This document shows positions 26,200 to 35,478 of a stretch of 64,000 nt of DNA, one piece after another (within the stretch, counting starts at the first letter, position 1; each line of letters starts with the position of its first letter). Location: IMG/VR virus record IMGVR_UViG_3300027742_000011. One strand, given 5' to 3'. Source of the stretch: a virus. A program made the translations under genes and the position numbers. The notes beneath the pieces are model-generated. The model did not search any database. It had not been told where the DNA came from and worked only from the letters and a program-made list of their open reading frames with translations.

Positions 26200-26677
26200 C
26201 AGTTGTTGGTTGTTGATATGAGGTGGCCATATTCTTTAATACCTTGTTAGGTATAGTTTTGCCAAGTCTTTCATTTAATCGTCGATAATGTTCCTCGGCA
26301 TCAGGTGTAGGAAATACAAAAGCTCTAAGTTCATGCGTATTTTCAAAGATCTTTACAAATCGTGCTCTTGATTTCGGTGTCAAATTTGTACGATCGATTA
26401 CAACTATTTTATGTTGAATCTTAGCAAGAACTTTCGCTACATTGAATACATACGCTTGAGCTGCTTTACCGTATTTGGTAAATCCTTCATTATAAGTGAT
26501 GCCGTCTTTATCTGCCTTTTCTTTGATATAGTTATCGGAAGACACTACGCGAATATCTTCATCCGGATTGAGTTTAAATAATTCTTCAATCCAAGTAGAC
26601 TTACCAGACGCTGGCATTCCAACTAAAACCCAACACTGCGGTTTTGATACGTCCATTTCATTTATTTCAGCCGTCAT
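26159..26677 (-). CDS. P-loop kinase, polynucleotide-kinase-like
   Basis: VGMPASGKST, VSSD, VIDRTNL. Confidence 0.85.
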   Translation of the reverse strand: MTAEINEMDVSKPQCWVLVGMPASGKSTWIEELFKLNPDEDIRVVSSDNYIKEKADKDGITYNEGFTKYGKAAQAYVFNVAKVLAKIQHKIVVIDRTNLTPKSRARFVKIFENTHELRAFVFPTPDAEEHYRRLNERLGKTIPNKVLKNMATSYQQPTTDEGFIDVLLFEEY

Positions 26678-26940
26678 TCTAATTTCCTAGTTTCGACCAT
26701 ACCTCGAAACTCCCAGTTCCAAAATTTAGTCTTCTTAAAATTGCTTCTTGTAGCCTCATAATCAATTTCATAAGGTATGCTTGCAGAGCTTGTCATCCAT
26801 TTTGCAGCTTTAGTGTGTTTTAAGTGCAAATCTTCAGATTTCAAATACTCTTCAAAATTCTTCTTACGTAGAGTTTTAAGACAAATATAAAAAGAAAGTG
26901 CGAAAGCTGACACAATTCCTACCATTATTTCAATAAGCAT
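26674..26940 (-). CDS. Hypothetical membrane protein
   Basis: N-terminal TM segment. Confidence 0.6.
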   Translation of the reverse strand: MLIEIMVGIVSAFALSFYICLKTLRKKNFEEYLKSEDLHLKHTKAAKWMTSSASIPYEIDYEATRSNFKKTKFWNWEFRGMVETRKLE

Positions 26941-28141
26941 TATACTTTACTCCTTGTAACCAAGCATCTCTCAACACTTCGTATTTAGCAGTTTTAGAAA
27001 GAGTCTTTCTAATCGTGCCCATCACATCGCGGCATAGGCTTTCACGTGAATAACCGTCAAAGGTGCGGAAAAGCATTTGCGCATCATATTTATCTAGTTT
27101 AGGAACATGTTCAAGAGCAAATCTTTTTCTATCAACATTACTCTGGTGAATTGTTTTTGCAGTAAGTTCTATAGCAGAAACTTTATTCGCAATTGCTTCT
27201 AAAATTTTCTTCTCGAATTCAGATAGGCGAACACGTTCAACATCAGTCACGTTCGCTTTAATATCGTCTAGATTGTTATCTAAAATTAACTGAACAATAT
27301 TACGGTCTTGAAGGATTGCTTCTTTCGCCTTATGAATTTGAACATACCAATGACACTTAAGCTTAGTCATGTGGCCGCCATCAAAACGAACAACGAAACC
27401 TTCGACATCTTCCATATCGTGAACATGCTTCACAAAATCATCAATACCATTTGAGAAGTTGAAAGCTTTCACGACCGGAATATTAAAGTGCTTTTCATTT
27501 TTTTCTAACCACAAATGATCTGTATATGTGCCGGTTTCTATATTGCGGATGGCCGTCAAAATAAGTCGATCTTCGGGCTGATCTAGAACAATACGTTGTT
27601 TGTTAGAACACCATTCGAAGATCGGAGTTGCGCCTCTTTCAATATACCATTTAGCCATTTCATCATACTGAGGATTGTTTTTCACAAAGGTCTGGACTGG
27701 CTTTGCCACATCAGTATCACCCATTTTTGTTCCCCAGATTAGGTTGTCACCAACCATAAATGGAGCGATCATCGAACCGTCAAGTTTATCCAAAATGACA
27801 TGATCGTTGGAAAGGTTAACATTATTCTGTAGTGTCTCATCGCGCTCATTCACATTAAAGAATTTGTGATAAGGTCGACGAATGATAGCACGAGTTTCAG
27901 TATCAAAGATAATGCCACGGCATTCACGGCGAAGCGCATTCGCAAGCGCACGCTCTGCTCGCATTTTCGCGCTTCCACCAGTGACCTTTACCGGTGGAAA
28001 AGTGTCTTCGAAGTTTACATTATAGTTTACTACAGTGTAACCTTCCTTCTCAGCGACAACAAATTCATCGCGACCTTCGATTGCTGGAAGCAAATCATCA
28101 AGAGTTCTAATGGTTGGAAATTCATATTCAAATTTCATCAT
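26930..28141 (-). CDS. rnlA: RNA ligase 1 (T4 RnlA-like)
   Basis: RECRGIIF, KFFNVNE, KLDGSM, FEW, EGFVVRF, KLK. Confidence 0.9.
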   Translation of the reverse strand: MMKFEYEFPTIRTLDDLLPAIEGRDEFVVAEKEGYTVVNYNVNFEDTFPPVKVTGGSAKMRAERALANALRRECRGIIFDTETRAIIRRPYHKFFNVNERDETLQNNVNLSNDHVILDKLDGSMIAPFMVGDNLIWGTKMGDTDVAKPVQTFVKNNPQYDEMAKWYIERGATPIFEWCSNKQRIVLDQPEDRLILTAIRNIETGTYTDHLWLEKNEKHFNIPVVKAFNFSNGIDDFVKHVHDMEDVEGFVVRFDGGHMTKLKCHWYVQIHKAKEAILQDRNIVQLILDNNLDDIKANVTDVERVRLSEFEKKILEAIANKVSAIELTAKTIHQSNVDRKRFALEHVPKLDKYDAQMLFRTFDGYSRESLCRDVMGTIRKTLSKTAKYEVLRDAWLQGVKYNAY

Positions 28142-28359
28142 GTCAATACTTCCTCAGTAATAGGATTACGGATACCATTGGTTTTAATCTTTACCTTTTC
28201 GTATGCTTGACCGGAAATGCCCCATTCACCCAGCTTCTCAATCAAAGCATCAGCTTCCTCGCTAGTATATGGGCCATATGCATCTTCAAAATTCCGGGTC
28301 CAACATTGGCAATCGCCTTCGTTGTATGTGTCGAGTTCTATGATTAAATAGTTTTTCAT
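28138..28359 (-). CDS. Hypothetical protein
   Basis: 73-aa ORF. Confidence 0.55.
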   Translation of the reverse strand: MKNYLIIELDTYNEGDCQCWTRNFEDAYGPYTSEEADALIEKLGEWGISGQAYEKVKIKTNGIRNPITEEVLT

Positions 28360-28677
28360 TTATTGAACTTTCTCAAAACCGCAAATTGCAACCTCATATG
28401 ATAGATCATTTACAACAAACCTATCACCTACCATCGCTGAGCGATGACCATAGATATGGCCGTCATGCTCTTCAAGCGGCTTGATAACTTCAATAGAAGG
28501 GTGATAATCATAATTTGGTGTACCATCTTTAAACTCTGGTCCACGACTCCAACTACCCCCAACATTTTGGATACGGCGCCATGCTTGTTCAAGAGCATCT
28601 TCAACACAATTAGTATCGATCACTGCAACGTTTGCAACATGTTCTTTAGCGAAATAAACAGCAACTTTCATAATCAA
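28360..28677 (-). CDS. Hypothetical early protein
   Basis: HRSAMVGD motif; first gene after an early promoter. Confidence 0.65.
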   Translation of the reverse strand: MIMKVAVYFAKEHVANVAVIDTNCVEDALEQAWRRIQNVGGSWSRGPEFKDGTPNYDYHPSIEVIKPLEEHDGHIYGHRSAMVGDRFVVNDLSYEVAICGFEKVQ

Positions 28678-28695
28678 TCTCCATTTGATAAAATT

Positions 28696-28724
28696 ATCTT
28701 ACTCTATTTCAAACAAAATGTCAA
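28696..28724 (-). promoter_or_regulatory. Sigma70-type early promoter
   Basis: TTGACA-17-TAAGAT. Confidence 0.7.
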
Positions 28725-28726
28725 CC

Positions 28727-28757
28727 AAAAAAAGGGCCCAGGCATAAAGCCCGAGCC
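28727..28757 (-). terminator. Intrinsic terminator
   Basis: GGCTCGGGC-TTTAT-GCCTGGGCC then C and T7. Confidence 0.8.
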
Positions 28758-28794
28758 TGAGTCTTAGGGAGAAGTGAGTAATTTAACCCATTAC

Positions 28795-29445
28795 TCAGTG
28801 GGATGCGAGAAACTCTTTAACTGATTCAATCGTCTTCTTAACAATCTCATCATCTTCGGGTAAATAGACGAAGCCGTAACCATTTGCTGATTTAAAGTTA
28901 TCAATGTTCTTATAGTGGTCATCAATAAGAAAGGCTTTGTCATGGGCAAGAATGGCTTTATCTCTACCTGAAGTGGTAGTGCAAAATGGAACATCAATCA
29001 ATGATGGGAAATGCTTCTCGATAAAGCGTGATTTTTGATCACGAACTGTAGAAATTGGCCGATAAAAATATCCAGTAGAAGTCAGAATTGCAATATTAAT
29101 TAGGCCTTGTTCTTTAAGATCATTTAAAGATGCTACAAGCAGCTTCGAATTGATCACCGTTTTCTGGTCTTCAAACATATTCTGTTTGACATAATCAGGT
29201 AGATATTCATTAAACAATTGTGACTTTGATACTAAATGCTCTTCTAATCTTGAAGTATTGATACCATAAAGATTAAACATACCTCTGTCCATGTCGGCAA
29301 TCACACCGTCCATGTCGAGATACACAATAGGTAAATTTAGTTTACTTTGTTTCATATTAATTCCATAGTGCTCCATAATATTTGGCGAAAAGCTGTAGAC
29401 CATTCTCTTTTCTTTTTCTATATTCTGACAGACCCACATCATCAA
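28795..29445 (-). CDS. HAD-family 5'(3')-deoxyribonucleotidase-like protein (true start may be near 29355)
   Basis: YLDMDGVIAD, ILTS, K, LIDDH. Confidence 0.85.
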   Translation of the reverse strand: MMMWVCQNIEKEKRMVYSFSPNIMEHYGINMKQSKLNLPIVYLDMDGVIADMDRGMFNLYGINTSRLEEHLVSKSQLFNEYLPDYVKQNMFEDQKTVINSKLLVASLNDLKEQGLINIAILTSTGYFYRPISTVRDQKSRFIEKHFPSLIDVPFCTTTSGRDKAILAHDKAFLIDDHYKNIDNFKSANGYGFVYLPEDDEIVKKTIESVKEFLASH

Positions 29446-30028
29446 CCCAATATTTAAGCTTATCTGGGTCTTTTTGATGATTGAATGTCAATGTTTTCGC
29501 ATTGTCTAGTTTACTATCATTGTAGACCAATTCTAACTGATCACTATTATGGCGAAATTGGTCTTCGCCTTCGCCATCTTTAGCAAGCTCAGTGAATGTC
29601 CAAATCATTTCACCGAGTACGAATTTCCACCTCTGTTCACCAAGATCCTCCATTACGGCATCGTAACCTCCATCATTTGATTCATAATGGAGGTTAGGCG
29701 GAACATCTTCGTTAGACACGGACGGGATGCCGTTTTGCTGGTCTCTCAATTCGACGAGTATAGGTGCAACTATAAGAGCAATTGTATGATCTGCACCCCA
29801 AACATCAAAACCATCGACTTTAATTTTGATTTTGCGTTTTCTATTTCTAGACACCCTGTTGATTGGTTCGAAAGCGATATCAAGGACATCGAAAAGACGA
29901 TAAATTACTTTATCATACCACAAATAATTATCTTCTGTCAGATTGCCTCGACGATTATTGTAAAGACGTTCCCACCTATTAATGCGAATTAGATCACGCG
30001 GATATGGTCCAATGTCAATCTTCATCAT
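29357..30028 (-). CDS. Conserved phage hypothetical protein
   Basis: DVWGADHTIALI, WKFVLGEMIWTF, GLQLFAKYYGALW. Confidence 0.7.
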   Translation of the reverse strand: MMKIDIGPYPRDLIRINRWERLYNNRRGNLTEDNYLWYDKVIYRLFDVLDIAFEPINRVSRNRKRKIKIKVDGFDVWGADHTIALIVAPILVELRDQQNGIPSVSNEDVPPNLHYESNDGGYDAVMEDLGEQRWKFVLGEMIWTFTELAKDGEGEDQFRHNSDQLELVYNDSKLDNAKTLTFNHQKDPDKLKYWVDDVGLSEYRKRKENGLQLFAKYYGALWN

Positions 30029-30335
30029 CTACCTTATAGAATTTTATAAACAGTATGCTACTAAATATAGCACCAAGGCCGATAGACCCAATTAAGGGAT
30101 TGTTAGAAAGTATCGCAAAGTATATAAGACCGAGCAAGAAGCATCCGAAAAGACCGAGAAGAGTACCCGACATTACTAGTATCTTCGCGGGGATACTGAT
30201 AATATTCCAGTTGGGTTCAACATATGTAGGTCCGCGACCGTATTTTTCGCGAAGTTTTGGAGGTAAATTTTGTGTATTCACCCTTGACATGAAACACTTC
30301 ATATACCAATCTAAATACTTATCAATAATTTTCAT
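30015..30335 (-). CDS. Membrane protein
   Basis: Two C-terminal TM segments. Confidence 0.6.
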   Translation of the reverse strand: MKIIDKYLDWYMKCFMSRVNTQNLPPKLREKYGRGPTYVEPNWNIISIPAKILVMSGTLLGLFGCFLLGLIYFAILSNNPLIGSIGLGAIFSSILFIKFYKVDDED

Positions 30336-30538
30336 GTCGCAATATTCTCCAAATATGATTTTACTTTATTCAACAAGTCTTCTCTTCGCTGAAGCATATC
30401 ACGAAAATGTGATTTACTATTTTCGCTTAAATCATCGTAGGCTTCTGATTGAATAAATATTTTTGTAGTCGAAACACCTTGTTCGACAAGAGTTAAAAGA
30501 GTAACGACTTCCAGATTGGTAAGCTCTAAATTATCCAT
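30332..30538 (-). CDS. Hypothetical protein
   Basis: 68-aa ORF with AGAGG SD. Confidence 0.55.
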   Translation of the reverse strand: MDNLELTNLEVVTLLTLVEQGVSTTKIFIQSEAYDDLSENSKSHFRDMLQRREDLLNKVKSYLENIAT

Positions 30539-30765
30539 AATAAATCCTCTATTTGTTTAATTCAATGCCATCAGTGTTTGTTTGTTTAGTAGGTATAGGT
30601 TTACATTTGACTATGGCGCCATGTTTCTTAGTGCAAATGATCAACAGACCGTCATCTTCAACATAAGTTTATCATCAACACAATGTTTTGTGCCTCTAAG
30701 GGGTGCTTACACCGAAGCACCCAGACAAAAAACTGCTACAACTAACATCACAAATTTCATAATAA

Positions 30766-30996
30766 TTATCCTGTGTTAGAGTCATCAGAATAAGTAAATT
30801 TTGCTTTGCCCTCAATTGCTACACATGGTTCAGAGTTGGGAATATGCACCAATCGATCACCATCCTTTTCATAATACTGTTTACCCAAATAACAATGAAT
30901 GCTGTCGGGTTCATTAAACTGAGTAGACACGATCCACATGGACAATCCACCCACCATTATACCGATTAGCGCTCCAAAAATAAAATCACCTTTCAT
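30766..30996 (-). CDS. Membrane-anchored hypothetical protein
   Basis: N-terminal TM segment, two Cys. Confidence 0.55.
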   Translation of the reverse strand: MKGDFIFGALIGIMVGGLSMWIVSTQFNEPDSIHCYLGKQYYEKDGDRLVHIPNSEPCVAIEGKAKFTYSDDSNTG

Positions 30997-31498
30997 ATAT
31001 CACCTCATTCAAAAGTTTTGAACAATCGTCGCGATTGTATAAGTTGTAGACTGGAATACCGGCATCCCATGCCATTCTAATAGCAAAACCAGTTCCACCA
31101 ACATCTTTACCATTCTTAGTCCAACATACAACGAACTCTGAAGGGTCGACCAAATCTATTCCAAGAATTTGGTGGGCATTTCTTTGCATCATACATTGTG
31201 CGCCATAAGAAAGTTTATCGAAAACTGGATGAAATTTTCTACCGTATTCTTTCTGTTTTTCTTGAATTTCTGTTGAAAATGCTTTTACGAAAAGATCACT
31301 GGCCGAATTATTAAACCCTTTCCATGGGAGATATATCTCTTTTAATCGCCCAGCGGCGCCTTCAAAGGCAGTATCAGCGCCTTCGGCTGCACCAGAACGG
31401 AGTATGTATCCTCTACCATGAAGAATTGCTGCAAAAGACCTCATAGCTTTCGCAACATCTGGTTCAATAACTCTTGAACCTATTCCTGTATAGAACAT
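30986..31498 (-). CDS. SLOG/DprA-Smf-like protein
   Basis: YTGIGSR, LRSGAAEGAD, RN, GGTG. Confidence 0.8.
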   Translation of the reverse strand: MFYTGIGSRVIEPDVAKAMRSFAAILHGRGYILRSGAAEGADTAFEGAAGRLKEIYLPWKGFNNSASDLFVKAFSTEIQEKQKEYGRKFHPVFDKLSYGAQCMMQRNAHQILGIDLVDPSEFVVCWTKNGKDVGGTGFAIRMAWDAGIPVYNLYNRDDCSKLLNEVIYER

Positions 31499-31900
31499 TC
31501 AAGTTGTCCCTTTATGAGCTCTCAAATACGCTATTAAGCGTGCGCTGGCCTCACTCTGAGCATGACCATAATATTCTTTAAATGGAACAGCAATACCATT
31601 TTCCAATTGAACATGCCAACCTGCATTCGCCGAGTCATAGCAAGTATGTGGAAATGCCCATGGGAAGGAAAATGTTTTCTCTACAGCATCGACCGAATTG
31701 TAATAGTCGGGTTCGCAAACAGTTTTAGGAGAAGGAGCAAATTCATGAATAAGTTTATTCACAACACGAATCTCATCCTCCTCAAACACTGGGTCAGCAA
31801 TCGCGGTGATTGCCATAATGAGTTGATCAATCTTTTTTGATTGTTTCTTCACTGAGATCATAGACATTCGCGTCATCCTTATATTCATAATTAAAATCAA
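31499..31900 (-). CDS. Hypothetical protein (true start probably about 30 nt downstream)
   Basis: PDYYNSVDA...W...EASARLIA. Confidence 0.55.
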   Translation of the reverse strand: MILIMNIRMTRMSMISVKKQSKKIDQLIMAITAIADPVFEEDEIRVVNKLIHEFAPSPKTVCEPDYYNSVDAVEKTFSFPWAFPHTCYDSANAGWHVQLENGIAVPFKEYYGHAQSEASARLIAYLRAHKGTT

Positions 31901-32163
31901 GACCGCTAAAGCTAATCTTTTTCAATTCTCTCACAATTAAAGACACACCAGCGAAAGCAATTGCTCCAGCAACCATAATTTTCTCATGTGTCATAATTGC
32001 TATCCATTAACCAAGAGTTGGCCGTATCCATCCAATCTTTTTCTTCATTATCCAACACTGCTTCACGGCGAAGTGTTAGAAGACGGCAGTACTCACTTTC
32101 AATAGCGGTGCGACCGTCTTCTAATGTTGGAAAATCATATACTTTGATTTCCATAAAATATCC

Positions 32164-32499
32164 TTAAGCTGAAAAGCGGAGCTGAGCTTCTTCAATCGAA
32201 CACTTATAAAGCTTACCATCAGCGGTAGACTTATAGATGACGGGATATTTATGTTTACGTTGATCGTAACGAACAATCTGTTTTCCATTACGAACATCAG
32301 TAGAGAGACCGAAAACGCGGAGAGCATTTTGGAGCGCAGCATTATTATGACGTTCATCCATTGAAGATGAACCACTAAGCTTCAAAGTAAGCTTGTTTAG
32401 AGTTAAATCAGTATCACTGAACGATCCACGAGCACCTTCGCAAAGTTCCAAACCGTGAGCTTCAGCATAAGTTTTTACAAGCTCATTAACTTCAGCCAT
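32164..32499 (-). CDS. Hypothetical early protein
   Basis: 111-aa ORF. Confidence 0.65.
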   Translation of the reverse strand: MAEVNELVKTYAEAHGLELCEGARGSFSDTDLTLNKLTLKLSGSSSMDERHNNAALQNALRVFGLSTDVRNGKQIVRYDQRKHKYPVIYKSTADGKLYKCSIEEAQLRFSA

Positions 32500-32573
32500 A
32501 ATCTTTTTGAACGTTTTTCTTATCCATTGAAGTGTAAGTCATAATGTAGAGTCTCCGTTTTGATTATGATACT

Positions 32574-32602
32574 ATTATACCATAGTATCAGACAAATGTC
32601 AA
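32574..32602 (-). promoter_or_regulatory. Consensus early promoter with extended -10
   Basis: TTGACA-17-TATAAT, TG present, AT-rich UP element. Confidence 0.85.
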
Positions 32603-32631
32603 CTTTATTTTGAATTTATTTCTAATTAATT

Positions 32632-32967
32632 CTAGGTAATTGGAAAAGGACCGCCGACGATGAGATGTTCGTTCTCATCCCAGATAGTGTCGAGATATTT
32701 CCAGGCTTCAGTAGAAAGACAGTCACTAGTCGATCCAGGAGTGTCGTCAACTTCCAAATCGATGAAACCTTTGTCTGAAAGAGAAGACCAAAACCCGGCA
32801 GCTTCGTGTTTACTATAGCCATTTAAGATAAGATCATCGGGGCTAATCCACGTCATTTCGTCATTCTCAAGATCGCTAGGACGTGAGCCACCCATAGCCG
32901 AAAGACACTCGTTTACGAGCACTAGAGAAACATGAAGTTCTCGACGTGTAAGGTTCGTATTTAACAT
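32632..32967 (-). CDS. Hypothetical early protein
   Basis: 111 aa; GGAG SD. Confidence 0.65.
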   Translation of the reverse strand: MLNTNLTRRELHVSLVLVNECLSAMGGSRPSDLENDEMTWISPDDLILNGYSKHEAAGFWSSLSDKGFIDLEVDDTPGSTSDCLSTEAWKYLDTIWDENEHLIVGGPFPIT

Positions 32968-32996
32968 GTAGTATCTCCATTTGTTTTGATATTCTT

Positions 32997-33025
32997 TTTA
33001 TATCAAATAACCACAGAACTGTTAA
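32997..33025 (-). promoter_or_regulatory. Early promoter
   Basis: TTAACA-17-TATAAA; shares a 33-bp identical block (32986-33018) with 33308-33340. Confidence 0.7.
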
Positions 33026-33042
33026 CTTTTTTGAATTTATTT

Positions 33043-33291
33043 CTAGTTTTTACGTTTTCCGTGAACTGGAAAACTCCAACCGGTTCCTGAGTTTTCATTC
33101 CAGCCTACCATTCTACCTGATTCCAAAAGCCACCAATTCATTACGTTTTTATGTATTCCGGGCCATGATCTCCATGATTTCATGTCCATTAAAGAATATT
33201 CTTTAATGACATCTTCTTCTAGAAGAGAAGCAGCTCTCGTATTATAAAAGCTTTGAAAAAATTCTGGGGGCAAACAATCTTTAAGTTTCAT
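33043..33291 (-). CDS. Hypothetical early protein
   Basis: WPGIHKNVMNWWLLESG. Confidence 0.6.
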   Translation of the reverse strand: MKLKDCLPPEFFQSFYNTRAASLLEEDVIKEYSLMDMKSWRSWPGIHKNVMNWWLLESGRMVGWNENSGTGWSFPVHGKRKN

Positions 33292-33318
33292 TTTACATTT
33301 CCGCTAATTGATATTCTT

Positions 33319-33347
33319 TTTATATCAAATAACCACAGAAGTGTCAA
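33319..33347 (-). promoter_or_regulatory. Early promoter
   Basis: TTGACA-17-TATAAA. Confidence 0.75.
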
Positions 33348-33350
33348 CTT

Positions 33351-33914
33351 TTAAATAAGAGATTTGTCAGTAACATGGATTTCTTTTAGAGGATAGTCTT
33401 GAAAAACTGTAAGAGGACTAAACCTATTACCCAAACCGAGGCCTGCCCACAGGCTTGTTCGAATTTCAAAGTGTAAATGAGAATCTGATCCTCGCATACC
33501 TTTCGCATTTCCACTGTCTCCGACGGTACCTACAACGTCACCCATCTTAACTACCTGTCCTTTTTTAACAGTAGCCTTTGATAGGTGACAGTAGGTCGCG
33601 TATAGAATTTCTTTGGAGCCATCGTTTCCAATATCAAATTCGAACTTGAGCAATATGTGCAATCCGAGTGCACCTCTATTTCTAACATCGGCAATTACTC
33701 CATCAGAAATAGCATAACATCTATATCCGATAGGGGCATAAAAATCCCAGCCCTGATGCGGTTTCTTCTTGCCATTAGCTTTACGTCTCACCATACCGTA
33801 TGTGTTGTTTGGTGACATTCGTCTGATGATCGAGTATTTTACAGGATACACAATACCCTTTGGCAAATCGACATGTTTCACATCAACATCATATAGCGAT
33901 GTGAATTCTTTCAT
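33351..33914 (-). CDS. M23 family peptidase
   Basis: HQGWD, YCHL, VGDSGNA, HLHFE. Confidence 0.88.
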   Translation of the reverse strand: MKEFTSLYDVDVKHVDLPKGIVYPVKYSIIRRMSPNNTYGMVRRKANGKKKPHQGWDFYAPIGYRCYAISDGVIADVRNRGALGLHILLKFEFDIGNDGSKEILYATYCHLSKATVKKGQVVKMGDVVGTVGDSGNAKGMRGSDSHLHFEIRTSLWAGLGLGNRFSPLTVFQDYPLKEIHVTDKSLI

Positions 33915-34330
33915 TGCTTCTTTGCTCCGATATTATACTTTTGGACAAGAGTCCACTCTTCTTTTTCTTTATAAGGAAGAATTTTAATCTGACTGAGCGG
34001 GGCGATTGGTGCCTCAGAGGCGTCTACGTTATGTATCTTTACAAGACCCCAATCTTGAAGAAGATTGGTAATAGTATTTCTTCGACCGCGATCTTCTTCT
34101 GAGAAGTTTGACGGTTTACCATCAAGCTCAAAGAGTTCCTTGAAGTGTACAATAGCATATCTACCCTGCTTATGCAGAATATGACACGATTGGTATAAAG
34201 CTTTTTCTTTTCTTGAAGCGACACCAATACGTGTAAGTGTTTCTCTGATTTTAAGGAAGTCGTCTTCTTCACTGATTACGATCTCAACGCCCTTACCATT
34301 AAAAATATCATTTTCCATAGTGTTATCCAC
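33911..34330 (-). CDS. regA: Translational repressor RegA
   Basis: DDFLKIRETLTRIGVASRK...LYQSCHILHKQGRYAIVHFKELF. Confidence 0.95.
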   Translation of the reverse strand: MDNTMENDIFNGKGVEIVISEEDDFLKIRETLTRIGVASRKEKALYQSCHILHKQGRYAIVHFKELFELDGKPSNFSEEDRGRRNTITNLLQDWGLVKIHNVDASEAPIAPLSQIKILPYKEKEEWTLVQKYNIGAKKQ

Positions 34331-34532
34331 CCTTATTCATTTTTGTTTTATTTTTTTCTATATCGTCAGGTGATAGTATAGACAATGCTGATCTAGCTTT
34401 TTCGATGTTATAGTTATAATATTCCATCACAAACTTTAGATTTTTATTATCATCTTTCTTCGCCCATTTACTAAACCTCTTACGAGGTCTAATGATATTT
34501 ATCAAATCATAATAATCCATCATAAACTTCAC
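34323..34532 (-). pseudogene. Duplicated 3' half of gp62
   Basis: IRPRKRFSKWAKK...EYYNYNIEKARSAL; 34382-34490 matches 34697-34805 with 7 mismatches in 109 bp. Confidence 0.8.
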
Positions 34533-34602
34533 TTTTCATAAATAAATTATGGTTCGCGAGACGACAATCTCCAACCACACTAGAAACTTTCAAGGAGTTA
34601 TA

Positions 34603-34641
34603 ATGATTGGTAGATGGCACAATGAGAAATGTCGGAATTAA
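34603..34641 (+). pseudogene. 12-aa mini-ORF, possible remnant of a deleted antisense endonuclease gene
   Basis: AAGGAG SD then MIGRWHNEKCRN*; CATAAATA at 34537-34544. Confidence 0.4.
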
Positions 34642-35009
34642 CCGCCTCTATTCATCTTTTGCTTAATGTTTTCGAGATCACTTTCGTTCAATATCAACAA
34701 TGCTGATCTAGCTTTTTCGATGTTATAGTTATAATATTCCATCACAAGCTTTAGATTTTTATCGTCTGTCTTCTTCGCCCATTTACTAAACCTCTTACGA
34801 GGTCTGATTGAATTGATTAAATAATCATATTTGATATCGTCATCTAGATCGCTTAATAGATTGACTTCATTGGCGTACATTATAGTGTCAGGGAAATAGC
34901 TCAGGCCTCGATTGATCATAAAGCTGTTGTAATCTGACTTAAAATTGATTTCGTCTTTATTGTCCTTTTTGTTAAAGGTGATATTATTCAGAATATTCCA
35001 CAAACTCAT
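34638..35009 (-). CDS. gp62: Clamp loader small subunit gp62
   Basis: YNSFMINRGLSYFPDTIMYANEVN...IRPRKRFSKW. Confidence 0.92.
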   Translation of the reverse strand: MSLWNILNNITFNKKDNKDEINFKSDYNSFMINRGLSYFPDTIMYANEVNLLSDLDDDIKYDYLINSIRPRKRFSKWAKKTDDKNLKLVMEYYNYNIEKARSALLILNESDLENIKQKMNRGG

Positions 35010-35478
35010 TACTTACTACTCTCTCAATCATATCAAAAAATTCTTCTTTGGTGTCAGTTAATTCCATACTGTATTTATCACAAAGTATCTGAACATTGCC
35101 CTTTCTCCAAAAACCATCTGGACAACATACTATTACAAAGCAGTTCATCATAGAAATTAAACCTAGTTCCATAAGTGTGATAGGACTTTTAGTTTCAGGG
35201 TCAAAATATACTACAACCAAGTTTGAATTTTCTAGACCATTTAACTCCCACGAAACCTGTTCATTAAAATTCGTGTTCAAAGTATCTTGAACCCAAGAGG
35301 AGTCCCAATCATCTCTACGTGGATTTAGAATAGTCCAGTCGTCTTTACCCTTTTCAGTAATAAGGCTGGTAACAGTTTCCTGCCACTCTTCAGCAACGCC
35401 CATTTCAATGCTTCCTGCTAGAAATACAGTTTTACCAGATTTAGAATATTCACCGGGCGCTTTTACTTCCATAGTCAT
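34984..35478 (-). CDS. Nucleoside 2-deoxyribosyltransferase-like protein
   Basis: VFLAGSI, WQ, LNPRR, WEL, SPITLMELG. Confidence 0.8.
   Translation of the reverse strand: MTMEVKAPGEYSKSGKTVFLAGSIEMGVAEEWQETVTSLITEKGKDDWTILNPRRDDWDSSWVQDTLNTNFNEQVSWELNGLENSNLVVVYFDPETKSPITLMELGLISMMNCFVIVCCPDGFWRKGNVQILCDKYSMELTDTKEEFFDMIERVVSNEFVEYSE

Noticed and set aside
28775-28797. TGAGTAAT/ATTACTCA inverted repeat at the HAD gene stop
   Set aside because: AT-rich and immediately upstream of a clear terminator; no independent evidence of function.
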